Origin: Candidatus Kaiserbacteria bacterium
GTDB taxonomy: Bacteria > Patescibacteriota > Minisyncoccia > Phycocordibacterales > UBA2100
Direction of reading: 5' to 3'
Assembly (NCBI GenBank): GCA_016186695.1
Contig: JACPLC010000002.1
Location: 31,335 to 95,334, forward strand
DNA length: 64,000 bases
The notes under the pieces were generated by a model that was not told the origin of the DNA, searched no databases, and worked only from the letters and a program-made list of their open reading frames with translations. Positions 36,024 through 45,514 of the stretch are shown one piece after another; the stretch's first letter is position 1; every line of letters begins with the position of its first letter. The translations under genes and the position numbers were made by a program.

Positions 36024-37268
36024 ATGCACTACGCGCCTTGGATGCGTTTGGTCGAGCGGTATGTGGGCTCACTGACGTGCTTTTTCTTTACGCTCATCCA
36101 CAGGCTCCGACCGACGCCGAAAGATAAGACGGTGAGGAAAATCCTTGTGATCGAGCTTGTCGAAATGGGGGCAGCGGTGATGGCATATTCCTCGCTCCGA
36201 TATATAAAAGACAAAATTCCCGACGCCGAGATCCACGCACTCTGTCTCGCGAGCAAAAAGGATTCGTGGCAGATGCTCGACCTGATCGGGGAGGGGAATG
36301 TGCACGTCATCGACGATACGAGCCTTCGCGCGCTGTTTTTTTCTATCGTCGCACAGACGCAAGCGCTCTCCAAAAAGAAGTTCGATCTCATCATCGATTT
36401 TGAACTCTTCTTGCGCATCTCGGCCATCATCGCATTCCTCATTCGCGCAAAGTTTCGTGCAGGCTACTTTCGCTACACGATGGAAGGAATGTACCGCGGC
36501 GATTTTTATGACATCCGCTGCAATTTCAACCAAAACATGCATATCGCCAAGAATCACCTCGCGCTCACCAAGTCCGCCGTCGGCTTGAGTGGGGGTTACT
36601 ACAACTATGCAGGCAGGATCGAGAAAAGTGAGATCGTGGTGCCGTCGTACAAGTCTGATGCCAGTTTGAGGCAACTCGTTCGTGAGCGTCTCAAAGCGCT
36701 CGGACATAGAGGTGAGCCTTTAATCGTCGTCGCGCCGACAGTAGGAAGAGCGCTCTCGATACGCGACTATCCAAAGGAGTTGTATGTGGAGGCCATACGC
36801 AAACTTCTTGCGGCGTTTCCGGTGCACACGGTGGTTCTCGCAGGCACTGAAGAGCATCGCGCCACGTGTGAGTACGTGCGGAGCAGCGTGGGCGGGCGAT
36901 GTCTCAATATGGTGGGAGAGACTCGCACGCTTGCCGAACTTATCGAACTCTTCGGCATGGCAGAGCTTCTCATAAGCAACGACAGCGGAAACCCACACTT
37001 TGCTGCGATGGTGGGGCTTCCGACGCTCGCCATCTTCGGACCCGAAACGCCGTTCTTATACGGCCCCTTAGGAAAAGCAGTGTGTCTCTACGAATTTTTC
37101 CACACGAGCCCGAGCATCACCGCGTACAACCACAAAAATCCGCCTGTCTTGGTAGACCCCTCGCTTCGGCGTATTTCTCCGGAGCGGATCGCCGACATGG
37201 CACGGATCCTTCTTTCCGGCAAAGCGAAATATGGAACTGTTAACAACGAGATACCATACCTTGTATGA
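36024..37268 (+). CDS. Glycosyltransferase family 9 (ADP-heptose:acceptor heptosyltransferase, RfaF/RfaC-like)
   Basis: 414 aa; ..KILVIELVEMGAAVMAYSSL.. N-terminal GT9 pattern and C-terminal ..LISNDSGNPHFAAMVGLPTLAIFGPETP.. (cf. DSGPMHLAAAlg.P.vaLFGpt.P). Confidence 0.7.
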   Translation: MHYAPWMRLVERYVGSLTCFFFTLIHRLRPTPKDKTVRKILVIELVEMGAAVMAYSSLRYIKDKIPDAEIHALCLASKKDSWQMLDLIGEGNVHVIDDTSLRALFFSIVAQTQALSKKKFDLIIDFELFLRISAIIAFLIRAKFRAGYFRYTMEGMYRGDFYDIRCNFNQNMHIAKNHLALTKSAVGLSGGYYNYAGRIEKSEIVVPSYKSDASLRQLVRERLKALGHRGEPLIVVAPTVGRALSIRDYPKELYVEAIRKLLAAFPVHTVVLAGTEEHRATCEYVRSSVGGRCLNMVGETRTLAELIELFGMAELLISNDSGNPHFAAMVGLPTLAIFGPETPFLYGPLGKAVCLYEFFHTSPSITAYNHKNPPVLVDPSLRRISPERIADMARILLSGKAKYGTVNNEIPYLV

Positions 37269-38164
37269 GAATCTTGGTGACAGGCGGTACAGGGTTCATC
37301 GGCTCGAATATCGTGCGAAAGCTCATTGAGCTCGGGCATGAGGTGCTCATCACGGGCACAGATGACGAGCAGACGATACAGGATCCGAGGGTTACACTTC
37401 TCGATCTTGCGGCTCTCGGGAAAGAGCCGAAGACGCTCGGACATGTTGATGCGGTCTTCCACGAAGCAGCCGATAACGATACGACATCACTCGATCGCAA
37501 TGGAATGATGCGCGCGAACGTTGACCTATCGCTTCTTGTTTTCGAACGCGCTGTCGAAAACGGATGTCGTAACATCGTCTACGCCTCCTCGACCGCCGTG
37601 TACGGCAACGGCCCCGCGCCGTACAAAGAGGATCAGCCGCTTCAGCCGCTGAATCCGTACGCAGAATCGAAGAAACTGCTCGAAGAGGAAGCGAGTGCAT
37701 TCGGCAAAGCTCACACGGATGTCACCATGGTCGGCCTTCGCTACTGCAACGTCTACGGGCCGGGGGAGTCGCACAAGGGGAAGCGCGCGAGCATGATCTA
37801 CCAGTTGGCGCAGCAGATGAAGACAGGAAACCCGAGAATCTTTCGCGACGGCACGCAGAAGCGCGACTACATATACGTCAAAGATGTTGTACGGGCAAAC
37901 CTTCTGGGGCTCGAAGCTAAGGAAAGCTGCGTCGTGAACTGCGGCTCGGGAAGCGCGACATCCTTCAATGATCTCGTGAAAATTCTTAATGCAACGCTCG
38001 GCACGTCGAGAATTCCCGCATATGTAGATAACCCGTATGAAGGGCGCTACCAAAACCACACTGAATGCGATATGACACTTGCCAAAGAAAAACTCGGCTT
38101 CATCCCCGAATTCGACATCCAAAAAGGCATCGCTAATTACTTCGCCAGCGGTAGGCTTCTCTAG
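37265..38164 (+). CDS. hldD: ADP-L-glycero-D-manno-heptose 6-epimerase
   Basis: MRILVTGGTGFIGSNIV, YASSTAVYG, NPYAESK, RYCNVYGPGESHKGKRASMIYQ (cf. HldD fNVYGPrE.hKG.MASv). ATGA overlap with the GT9 gene. Confidence 0.8.
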   Translation: MRILVTGGTGFIGSNIVRKLIELGHEVLITGTDDEQTIQDPRVTLLDLAALGKEPKTLGHVDAVFHEAADNDTTSLDRNGMMRANVDLSLLVFERAVENGCRNIVYASSTAVYGNGPAPYKEDQPLQPLNPYAESKKLLEEEASAFGKAHTDVTMVGLRYCNVYGPGESHKGKRASMIYQLAQQMKTGNPRIFRDGTQKRDYIYVKDVVRANLLGLEAKESCVVNCGSGSATSFNDLVKILNATLGTSRIPAYVDNPYEGRYQNHTECDMTLAKEKLGFIPEFDIQKGIANYFASGRLL

Positions 38165-38167
38165 CGG

Positions 38168-38767
38168 CTACCTTCGGCGTGGGGAAGGGTTTTGCACCTG
38201 CGAGGTGTAGATGCAGTTTACCTGCTGGCTCGGGTCAATTTTCAGAGGTGGGATTCCATGTGCGGTTGCGAGGGCTGCATACTCCTCGGCAGAAATCCTG
38301 ACAGCAATTTCTTGTTCGTCGAGCATACACGATTGATAGTAGCTATTTTCAATCTGGTGAACCTCTCTCATGCCGGTCGGTTTTGTCGAACTCTCTACAT
38401 AATGCGGACTGACGCACTTTGGAGCCGCAGGTGTTGATGTTGCGGTTATCCCGGCGCCTACGTATGCGACGTACTTATTTGTTGATGCTTGGAAGTAGTA
38501 GTCGCCGATGTGGAGTAGTCCGTCAGGGGTGTCGAATCCGGTCGTACCGAATGCTGAAGGGCAGGGAACGGTTACTGCACGGCGAGAGGATGGAGCCTGA
38601 TTGAAAACTGGCCGCCAGCAAAACATTTCATTTGTACACATAGCCCTCGCACTCGTTCGCACCCCGATCGAGCGATCTGCATCGGTGAATGAGAACAACG
38701 AAAGACTAATCAGTAATGCGGCCGCAATTATAGATAAAGCACCAAGGAGACTGGAGCTAACTCTCAT
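38168..38767 (-). CDS. Secreted hypothetical protein (signal peptide, 8 Cys)
   Basis: MRVSSSLLGALSIIAAALLISLSLFSF signal; mature part Cys-containing; no recognised domain. Confidence 0.45.
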   Translation of the reverse strand: MRVSSSLLGALSIIAAALLISLSLFSFTDADRSIGVRTSARAMCTNEMFCWRPVFNQAPSSRRAVTVPCPSAFGTTGFDTPDGLLHIGDYYFQASTNKYVAYVGAGITATSTPAAPKCVSPHYVESSTKPTGMREVHQIENSYYQSCMLDEQEIAVRISAEEYAALATAHGIPPLKIDPSQQVNCIYTSQVQNPSPRRR

Positions 38768-38874
38768 AATAGAGTCAGCGTACGCCCACCGCTTTCTCGC
38801 GCAAGGCTGACGTCAGAGCGCGCTTCACGCAGACTCGGCTGTCAAATTCTGCCCGTTAGCGCTACTGCTACTTA

Positions 38875-39150
38875 GTGCGTTCGAGGAGCGAGGTTGTGAA
38901 GAGGCCTTTGATGCGAGGAGCAAGAACGGCTCAATGTGCTATACTGCTCGCCATGGTTTCTGTAATCGCAACAATACCCAAGAAAGTGAGCGGCGGGGAT
39001 GACCTCGTGGTCATTCGGCGTGAAGATTTCGAGGCGTTTCAGAAGTGGCAGGTGGAGGTGGATGACGCTCTTGCAAAGATTGAGCGCGGTCGCACCGAAT
39101 ACCGACGCGGAAAAGCGGTTCGCGCCTCATCTCCCCGAAAATTCCGGTAA
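38875..39150 (+). CDS. Putative type II antitoxin (Phd/YefM-like)
   Basis: ..GGDDLVVIRREDFEAFQKWQ.. resembles the YefM pattern (pvvItrrg..avllsaeeyesl). A 12-bp gap separates it from the downstream RelE/ParE toxin gene. The start is uncertain (M1, M13 or M27). Confidence 0.4.
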   Translation: MRSRSEVVKRPLMRGARTAQCAILLAMVSVIATIPKKVSGGDDLVVIRREDFEAFQKWQVEVDDALAKIERGRTEYRRGKAVRASSPRKFR

Positions 39151-39161
39151 GCTGTTGAAAT

Positions 39162-39425
39162 ATGGCAATCGGGCGCGTGTACTACTCGTCCGACTTTCGG
39201 AAAGCGTATCGCGCTTTACCGAAGCGGCTGCAGAACATCATCGATAGGAAGGACGCTCTTTTTCGCACCGATCCGTTCAGTCCCTCTCTCCGTACACACA
39301 AGCTGCATGGCCCGCTTCAGGGATTATGGTCGTTTAGCATCAACCGCGAGTATCGTGTGCTCTTCGAGTTCGTGAAAGATGGAGCACTCTTTTTAGATGT
39401 TGGAACACATCGGATTTACCAATGA
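39162..39425 (+). CDS. Type II toxin, RelE/ParE superfamily
   Basis: 87 aa; ..LHGPLQGLWSFSINREYRVLFEFVKDGALFLDVGTHRIYQ fits the RelE/ParE C-terminal pattern (l.g.wr.rvgdyRiiye...v.vl.ighRkd.Y). Confidence 0.6.
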   Translation: MAIGRVYYSSDFRKAYRALPKRLQNIIDRKDALFRTDPFSPSLRTHKLHGPLQGLWSFSINREYRVLFEFVKDGALFLDVGTHRIYQ

Positions 39426-39494
39426 TGCTTTGATCCTATCTCCGTTCGATGCGATTGAGCAACAAAGTTGTTGAACGGGCTTTGAAGTGAGGCG

Positions 39495-40073
39495 CTACGT
39501 CAGCAGGGAATGGTAATGCGTGACGGTTCTGATGACGGCGCTCGTAGAGCGGCCCTTGTGGAACGGAGCGAGCACGACGCGGCCTCCATATGATCGAACA
39601 GCTTTTCTTTCGACGATCTCGCGCATCGAGCGGTCGGCGCCTTTGACATGCACGTCAGGTTTTAAGATCTTGAGCCAGCGCATCGGCGTCGTGTCGTCGA
39701 AGATAAAGACGGCGTCGACAGAGCGAAGTGAGGCCACGACTTCAGCACGCTCGCGCTCAGGGCAGATGGGGCGTCCGACACCTTTGAGTTTTCGCACCGA
39801 ATCGTCGGAGTTCACGCCGACGATAAGCAGATCGCCAAGCTTTTTGGCGTAGGAAAGGTACCGCACATGGCCAACGTGCAGAATATCGAAGCAGCCGTTC
39901 GTTGTGACAATTTTCGAGCCCCTTTCTTTCGCGCGTTGCACGAGTCGCACTATTTTCGGAAACGGAAGGATGCGCGCTTTCCTGCCCGCGCTTTTTGAGG
40001 TACGCTGCAAGCGCGAAGTCTTCACACGTGTATGGGGAGAACCACTATTTTTACCTCGGCGTTTTCGCGTCAT
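39495..40073 (-). CDS. D-glycero-beta-D-manno-heptose 1-phosphate adenylyltransferase (HldC / RfaE domain II-like cytidylyltransferase fold)
   Basis: ..GSKIVTTNGCFDILHVGHVRYLSYAKKLGDLLIVGVNSDDSVRKLKG..RPICPERERAEVVASLRSVDAVFIFDDTTP... The start is ambiguous (the maximal ORF reaches 40103). Confidence 0.7.
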   Translation of the reverse strand: MTRKRRGKNSGSPHTRVKTSRLQRTSKSAGRKARILPFPKIVRLVQRAKERGSKIVTTNGCFDILHVGHVRYLSYAKKLGDLLIVGVNSDDSVRKLKGVGRPICPERERAEVVASLRSVDAVFIFDDTTPMRWLKILKPDVHVKGADRSMREIVERKAVRSYGGRVVLAPFHKGRSTSAVIRTVTHYHSLLT

Positions 40074-40094
40074 AGAGATGTGGTGGAGGCAAGT

Positions 40095-40610
40095 ATGCAG
40101 CACATCTTGCCCGATGTCGAACGCGCCGGCGCTCTCTTACTACGCGCGCTCAAGGCCAAGAAGAAAGTACTCGTGTGCGGCAACGGCGGCTCCGCCGCCG
40201 ATAGCCAGCATTTTGCTGCCGAATTGGTCGGGCGCTACAAAAATGAGCGCGAAGCGCTTCCCGCTATCGCGCTTACCGTTGATTCCTCTATGCTCACATC
40301 AATTGGCAACGACTATGGATTCGAACAGATTTTTTCGCGACAAACAGAGGCACTTGGCTCGAAAGGAGATGTGCTTGTAGCAATTTCCACTAGTGGCGCC
40401 TCGAGGAACGTGCTCGAAGCAATCAGTGCCGCGCGAAAGAAAAAGATGCGCGTTGTCGTGCTTACGGGCGAGAAGGGGAAGGCCTTGTGGCGGAAGGTGA
40501 ATGTCGCGATTGTCGTTCCCTCGCGCGAGACGGCTCGGATTCAGGAAATGCACGAGCTCATTTTTCATGCATGGTGTGAATTCATTGATGCGAATTTTTT
40601 GAAGGCATGA
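40095..40610 (+). CDS. gmhA: Phosphoheptose isomerase (SIS domain)
   Basis: ..KKKVLVCGNGGSAADSQHFAAELVGRY.. (cf. GmhA GNGGSasdAqHfaaEl) and ..DVLVAISTSGASRNVLEAI.. Start MQHILPDVERA (the maximal ORF begins at 40032). Confidence 0.8.
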   Translation: MQHILPDVERAGALLLRALKAKKKVLVCGNGGSAADSQHFAAELVGRYKNEREALPAIALTVDSSMLTSIGNDYGFEQIFSRQTEALGSKGDVLVAISTSGASRNVLEAISAARKKKMRVVVLTGEKGKALWRKVNVAIVVPSRETARIQEMHELIFHAWCEFIDANFLKA

Positions 40611-41167
40611 AGTTGAGCGCAGTATTTTTGGACCGCGACGGCGTCATCAATGAGGATGTGGGCTTTGCGAGCCGGCGGAAAGAGGCGCCGCTTCTCTCCG
40701 GTGTTGCTTCTGCCATCCGCCTGCTCAACGAGCAGGACATTCCCGTGTTCGTCGTTTCGAATCAGGCCGGCATTGCGCGCGGCCATCACACTGAAGATGA
40801 TGCACATCACTTCAATGAATCGCTCGCTGCGCAACTGAAAGATGAGGGTGCGCATATCGAAGACTGGTACTTTTGTCCGCACCATCCCGAAGGTTCGATA
40901 GAAGAGTATGCGATCGACTGCGATTGCCGGAAGCCAAAGACAGGACTCCTCGAGAGGGCGGCGAAAGAACACGGCGTTGAACTTTCCCGCTCTGTCATGA
41001 TTGGAGACAAGATGATCGACATCGAAGCAGGCAGGGCCGTTGGTGCGCGGACGATACTCGTGCTGACGGGGCAGGGCAAGCGCGAGTGGACGGCGTGGAA
41101 GGCGGATTTCAAACCCGCGTATGTTGCAAAAGACCTCACAGGGGCGATGGCGTGGCTCCTCGCATAA
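40607..41167 (+). CDS. gmhB: D-glycero-D-manno-heptose 1,7-bisphosphate phosphatase (HAD family)
   Basis: AVFLDRDGVIN (HAD motif I), ..VVSNQAGIARG.., CDCRKPKTG (GmhB zinc/Cys motif), ..IGDKMIDIEAG.. ATGA overlap with gmhA. Confidence 0.75.
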   Translation: MKLSAVFLDRDGVINEDVGFASRRKEAPLLSGVASAIRLLNEQDIPVFVVSNQAGIARGHHTEDDAHHFNESLAAQLKDEGAHIEDWYFCPHHPEGSIEEYAIDCDCRKPKTGLLERAAKEHGVELSRSVMIGDKMIDIEAGRAVGARTILVLTGQGKREWTAWKADFKPAYVAKDLTGAMAWLLA

Positions 41168-41206
41168 GAGGGGTAAATATGCCCATACTGTGCTAGGTTT
41201 ATCGCA

Positions 41207-43009
41207 ATGGAGGGTATCGAGAAGTTCCACATCTACCGCCAGCTCATAGCCGTCGCGCGCCTCGCGCGGAAAGCCTATGCGCCGTACCGCGCGCAGATCC
41301 TCGCACTCACAGGCTTGGGATTCATCGGCGGCATTCTTGAAGGCATTGGCATCAACGCCATCATTCCGCTCCTTACCTCTGCGCTCGGGCTCCAATCGCC
41401 GGCGACCGACATGATCTCGCAGGTGATACAAACCGTGTTCACGTGGGCGCATGTGCCGTTCGTCCCGCGTTACCTGCTTGCATTCATCGTTATTCTTTTT
41501 ATCGGCAAGGCAACGATGTCGCTTTGGATCAGCTACATTCAAATCCGCATCACGAACGAGTATGAACGCGCAACACGCGCAAAACTATTTTCCATGGTCT
41601 TGGATGCCTCGTGGCCGTATCTCCTTCGCCAGAAGCTCGGCAACCTCGAAACGCTTCTCATGATAGATACGCCGGCCGCGACCTCGCTCCTCTCGAAGCT
41701 TAGCTTCACCATCACGCTCCTCACGGGGCTTTTGATGTATCTTGCGGTCGCATTCTCGATCTCGCCCATTGTCACGTTCTGGACGCTCGTTATCGGGGCG
41801 TTGGTGTTCGTCTCTCTCCGCTCCCTCATCGATCGGGTGCATGGCATATCGCGATCGCGCACCGAAAGCTATCGGGACACGATGCATCATGTCACCGAGC
41901 ACGTGGGGGGCCTGAAGAGCGTGAAGGCATACGGTGTTGAGCGCTCCGCGATCGCGCTGGGGAACAGCCTTTTTGAACGCATCAAGAAACTCACGATGCG
42001 CATCGCGATGTTTCAGGCTACCGCGACACAGGTCGTTGCGCCGATCGGCGTTATCTACATAGCCGTGATCCTTTCGCTCGCGTTCAAGACCGAGTTCATT
42101 TCGGTCGCTGCACTGCCGGCGATACTCTACCTTATCTATCGGATCTTCACGTATGTGCAGCAACTGCAGAACAACGTGCAATATATTTCGGAACTTTCGC
42201 CGCACCTCGAACGCGTCATTCTCTATGAGAGCGATGCCGCGGGGGGTGTGCCACCTGTTTCCGGCGATAAGCCCTTTGTGTTCAACGAGAAGCTTCTGTT
42301 CGACAAGGTCACGTTCGCATACCTGCAGGGGAAGGATGTGCTGAAAAATGTCTCATTCACGATACGAAAAGGCTCGATGGTAGGCATTGTGGGTCCATCG
42401 GGAGCGGGTAAGACGACGACGGTTGATCTCATCCTGCGGCTACTTCTGCCGACCAAAGGCGCGATCTCGCTTGACGGTGTCGATTGCCGCGATATTTCTT
42501 TATCGGAATGGCGCGAGAACGTCGCGTATGTCTCGCAAGACCTCTTTCTCCTCCACGACACGATCCGCAACAACATCCGCTTCTACGATGATTCCATCTC
42601 GGAGAGCCAGGTATGGGATGCCGCAAAGAAGGCACACATTGACGGATTCATCAAGGCCTCTCCGGAGGGTCTCGATACGCTCGTGGGCGAACGCGGCATT
42701 CGCTTGAGCGCCGGTGAGCGTCAGCGCATCGTTATCGCTCGCGCTCTTGCCAGGAAGCCCGAGCTTCTCATTCTCGATGAGGCGACAAGCGCTCTCGACA
42801 ACGAATCGGAGGCGCACATAAAGAAAGTTATCGAGGAGTTGAAAGGACACATCACCATCGTCGCGATCGCGCACCGCCTCTCGACGATCATGGGCTCCGA
42901 CTCACTCATCGTGCTCTCCGATGGTGTGCTCGTGGAGGAAGGCCCGCCGCGCAAACTGCTCGCGGATACGAGCTCGTATTTCTACAAAGTCTATACCATC
43001 AATCAATGA
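41207..43009 (+). CDS. ABC transporter, fused permease/ATP-binding protein (MsbA-like exporter)
   Basis: Six-TM N-terminal domain, then Walker A GPSGAGKTT, signature LSAGERQRIVIARAL, Walker B LLILDEATSALD, and H-loop IAHRLST. Confidence 0.85.
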   Translation: MEGIEKFHIYRQLIAVARLARKAYAPYRAQILALTGLGFIGGILEGIGINAIIPLLTSALGLQSPATDMISQVIQTVFTWAHVPFVPRYLLAFIVILFIGKATMSLWISYIQIRITNEYERATRAKLFSMVLDASWPYLLRQKLGNLETLLMIDTPAATSLLSKLSFTITLLTGLLMYLAVAFSISPIVTFWTLVIGALVFVSLRSLIDRVHGISRSRTESYRDTMHHVTEHVGGLKSVKAYGVERSAIALGNSLFERIKKLTMRIAMFQATATQVVAPIGVIYIAVILSLAFKTEFISVAALPAILYLIYRIFTYVQQLQNNVQYISELSPHLERVILYESDAAGGVPPVSGDKPFVFNEKLLFDKVTFAYLQGKDVLKNVSFTIRKGSMVGIVGPSGAGKTTTVDLILRLLLPTKGAISLDGVDCRDISLSEWRENVAYVSQDLFLLHDTIRNNIRFYDDSISESQVWDAAKKAHIDGFIKASPEGLDTLVGERGIRLSAGERQRIVIARALARKPELLILDEATSALDNESEAHIKKVIEELKGHITIVAIAHRLSTIMGSDSLIVLSDGVLVEEGPPRKLLADTSSYFYKVYTINQ

Positions 43010-44436
43010 CTATGCGGGTGATGCTCATCTGGCCGTCGGGCGATCCTGAAATCAACATACTGCTGGACCGTTTGCACAATGAGGGACATAGAATCGCCTA
43101 CTGGGTGGGCGAACATCCGGTCGCGCATCTTGTGCCGCGAGGCTGCATTTTCCACGACCACTACGATGCGTGGGATGCGAAGCGGGCGGAATCGCTCCGC
43201 GACGCGGAGATTCCGCCGGCGAGTCCCGCACTCATTGAGTCGATGATAGCGAGCGAGTCGCTCATCCTCACGATGATGAACAAGCGCTACGATAGAGCGC
43301 CTGTTGATGAACGTAAACATGTCTATTACACGATGCTCGCATACTGGGACCACGTGCTCGAAATGGTGAAGCCCGACGTCGTCATCTACAATACCGTTCC
43401 GCACAGTATTTACAGCAATATTGTCTACGAGCTTGCAAAAAAACGCGGCATTCATACGCTCACCTTTGAAGAAACGTGGGTCGGAGGGCGCCTCATGTTC
43501 TACCGCGATTTTTGGAAGGGGAGCGATGGGTTTCGCGAGGCGCTCAAGAATATTCGCAAAAATAATGTCGAACTCTCCGAATTGCATCCCGAATTGCGCG
43601 AGTACTACGAGCGTCAAACAGGTAGAGAGAGCCAACGGAGCCCGTGGTACATGCATCGACAACGATCGGTAGGGGCAGGATTCGGGCTCTGGGCACATCG
43701 TGCGCGCATTGCCTTTCGCGCGCCGCACCTGATCTTTTCGAGAGCGTTTGGCCTCCTTGTACGATCGCTCCGCGCTGATCTACGCAGCGAATACGAGGCT
43801 CTTGTGCAAAGAGCAGAGGTCTCACGTCCATTTGTCTATTTTCCCCTCAACTTCCAGCCGGAGCGTACCACGAGCCCGCAGGGAGGAATATTTCACGATC
43901 AGATTCTTGCCGTAGAGACGCTCGCGGCGGCTCTTCCCGAGGGATGGGAGATACTCGTGAAGGAACATCCTTCGCAATGGTGGCTGCGGGGTAAAACCCG
44001 CTTCTCAAGTGCTCGCTACTCCGGATACTACGCACGACTCGCGGGCATCCCGAACGTAAAGCTCGTGCCCATTCATACGGACACGTTTGCTCTGACCGAC
44101 AACGCAAAAGTAGTTGCGACGATAACCGGTACCGCAGGATGGGAGGCACTTCTGCGCGGGAAATACGCGCTCGTATTCGGCATACCGTGGTATCGGGATT
44201 GTCCCGGCGTCTTACAAGTCCGTACTGTTGAAGAATGTAAAAAAGCGCTTGCGCTCGTACAAAAAAACCAGACGGTGCCTGCTACTGATGTTCTCTCTTT
44301 TCTCAAGGTCCTCGGTCAAGAGGGTACGCGGGCGTATCTCGTTTCTGCGCCGAATGCCCAGCCGGGAATACCGCTCGAGGAAAGCATGCGGGCGATTGCA
44401 GGCCGTCTGATTCGTGAATTGAGCACTCTTTCCTAG
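43006..44436 (+). CDS. Capsule-polysaccharide-biosynthesis-type protein (KpsS/KpsC-like, Capsule_synth-like), putative glycosyl/nonulosonate transferase
   Basis: 476 aa; ..EGWEILVKEHPSQW.. (HP motif) ..KLVPIHTDTFALTDNAKVVATITGTAGWEALLRGKYALVFGIPWY.. Paralogous to 59841-61346 (VKEHPQM.., TITGAAGWEAALLGRPVLTFG). ATGA overlap with the ABC exporter. Confidence 0.4.
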   Translation: MTMRVMLIWPSGDPEINILLDRLHNEGHRIAYWVGEHPVAHLVPRGCIFHDHYDAWDAKRAESLRDAEIPPASPALIESMIASESLILTMMNKRYDRAPVDERKHVYYTMLAYWDHVLEMVKPDVVIYNTVPHSIYSNIVYELAKKRGIHTLTFEETWVGGRLMFYRDFWKGSDGFREALKNIRKNNVELSELHPELREYYERQTGRESQRSPWYMHRQRSVGAGFGLWAHRARIAFRAPHLIFSRAFGLLVRSLRADLRSEYEALVQRAEVSRPFVYFPLNFQPERTTSPQGGIFHDQILAVETLAAALPEGWEILVKEHPSQWWLRGKTRFSSARYSGYYARLAGIPNVKLVPIHTDTFALTDNAKVVATITGTAGWEALLRGKYALVFGIPWYRDCPGVLQVRTVEECKKALALVQKNQTVPATDVLSFLKVLGQEGTRAYLVSAPNAQPGIPLEESMRAIAGRLIRELSTLS

Positions 44437-44467
44437 GCACTTTTATGGCCGAGCGAGGCGTGGTACT

Positions 44468-45514
44468 GTGCGATGCATGCGAAAAAGGAATACACGTAAC
44501 GTGACCTCTGGCAGCCTTTCAAGGCTCTTCAAAGGCAAGGTAATCCTCATAACGGGAGGCACGGGCTCGTTCGGTCGCGCGTGCGCGGAAGTACTTCTAA
44601 AAAAATACAATCCCAAAGTCGTGCGCATATACAGTCGCGATGAGCTGAAGCAATGGGAGATGGAGCGTGCATTCGGCGGATCAGTGAAACTACGCTTTCT
44701 CATCGGCGATGTGCGCGATGCCGGCCGCCTGAAGCGGGCGACCGAAGGTGTCGATATCCTCATTCACGCTGCCGCTCTCAAACACGTACCTGCATGCGAA
44801 TACAATCCGGTAGACGCTGTGCGCACCAACGTTGATGGCACTATCAACGTCATCAATGCCGCGCTCGACAACAACATCCCGCACGTCATCATGCTTTCGA
44901 CCGACAAAGCCGTGAACCCGACGAATATCTACGGCGCGACAAAGCTGTGCGCGGAGCGGCTCATCATCCAATCCAACAGCTACCGCGGCCCCTCACGGGC
45001 AACCCGTTTTTCCGTCGTGCGCTATGGCAATGTCTTGGGAAGTCGCGGCAGCGTGATCCCGCTTTTTCGCGAGCAGCGCGAGCGCGGCGAGGTAACGATC
45101 ACCGACGAACGTATGACGCGCTTTTGGATCACGCTGCCGCAGGCAGTTGATTTTGTTCTCTCAAGCCTCGGGTCAATGCAGGGCGGCGAGATATTCGTTC
45201 CGAAACTGCCTTCGATGCGTATTACCGACCTTGCATATGTTGTGGCACCAAAAGCAAAGCACAAGGTGATCGGGATCCGTGCCGGTGAGCGTTTGGATGA
45301 ATACCTCATGACACGGGAGGAAAGCCGCCGTGCATATGAAGATTCCGATCGTTACGTGATTGCTCCGGGCATGCATCCATGGCACTGGGATCAAAGCAGA
45401 CTGCGGGCTCTCAAGCAGGTAAAAAGGGATTTTGAATACAATTCGCGGGATAATCCGGAGGTGCTGAACAAAAGAGAATTGCAGAAGATCATCACAGACA
45501 ACCGGCTTGCATGA
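44468..45514 (+). CDS. UDP-GlcNAc 4,6-dehydratase (PseB/FlaA1/CapD family)
   Basis: ..KVILITGGTGSFGRACAEVLLKKYNPKVVRIYSRDELKQ.., ..IHAAALKHVPACEYNPVDAVRTNVDGTINV.., ..LSTDKAVNPTNIYGATK... The IYSRDE.KQ motif is typical of PseB/LegB. Confidence 0.8.
   Translation: MRCMRKRNTRNVTSGSLSRLFKGKVILITGGTGSFGRACAEVLLKKYNPKVVRIYSRDELKQWEMERAFGGSVKLRFLIGDVRDAGRLKRATEGVDILIHAAALKHVPACEYNPVDAVRTNVDGTINVINAALDNNIPHVIMLSTDKAVNPTNIYGATKLCAERLIIQSNSYRGPSRATRFSVVRYGNVLGSRGSVIPLFREQRERGEVTITDERMTRFWITLPQAVDFVLSSLGSMQGGEIFVPKLPSMRITDLAYVVAPKAKHKVIGIRAGERLDEYLMTREESRRAYEDSDRYVIAPGMHPWHWDQSRLRALKQVKRDFEYNSRDNPEVLNKRELQKIITDNRLA

Noticed and set aside
40565-41542. 325-aa minus-strand ORF antisense to gmhB and the ABC exporter start
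   Set aside because: It overlaps confidently assigned genes (HAD motif DRDGVIN, CxCRKPK) on the other strand. Its product is Arg-rich and looks like nonsense.
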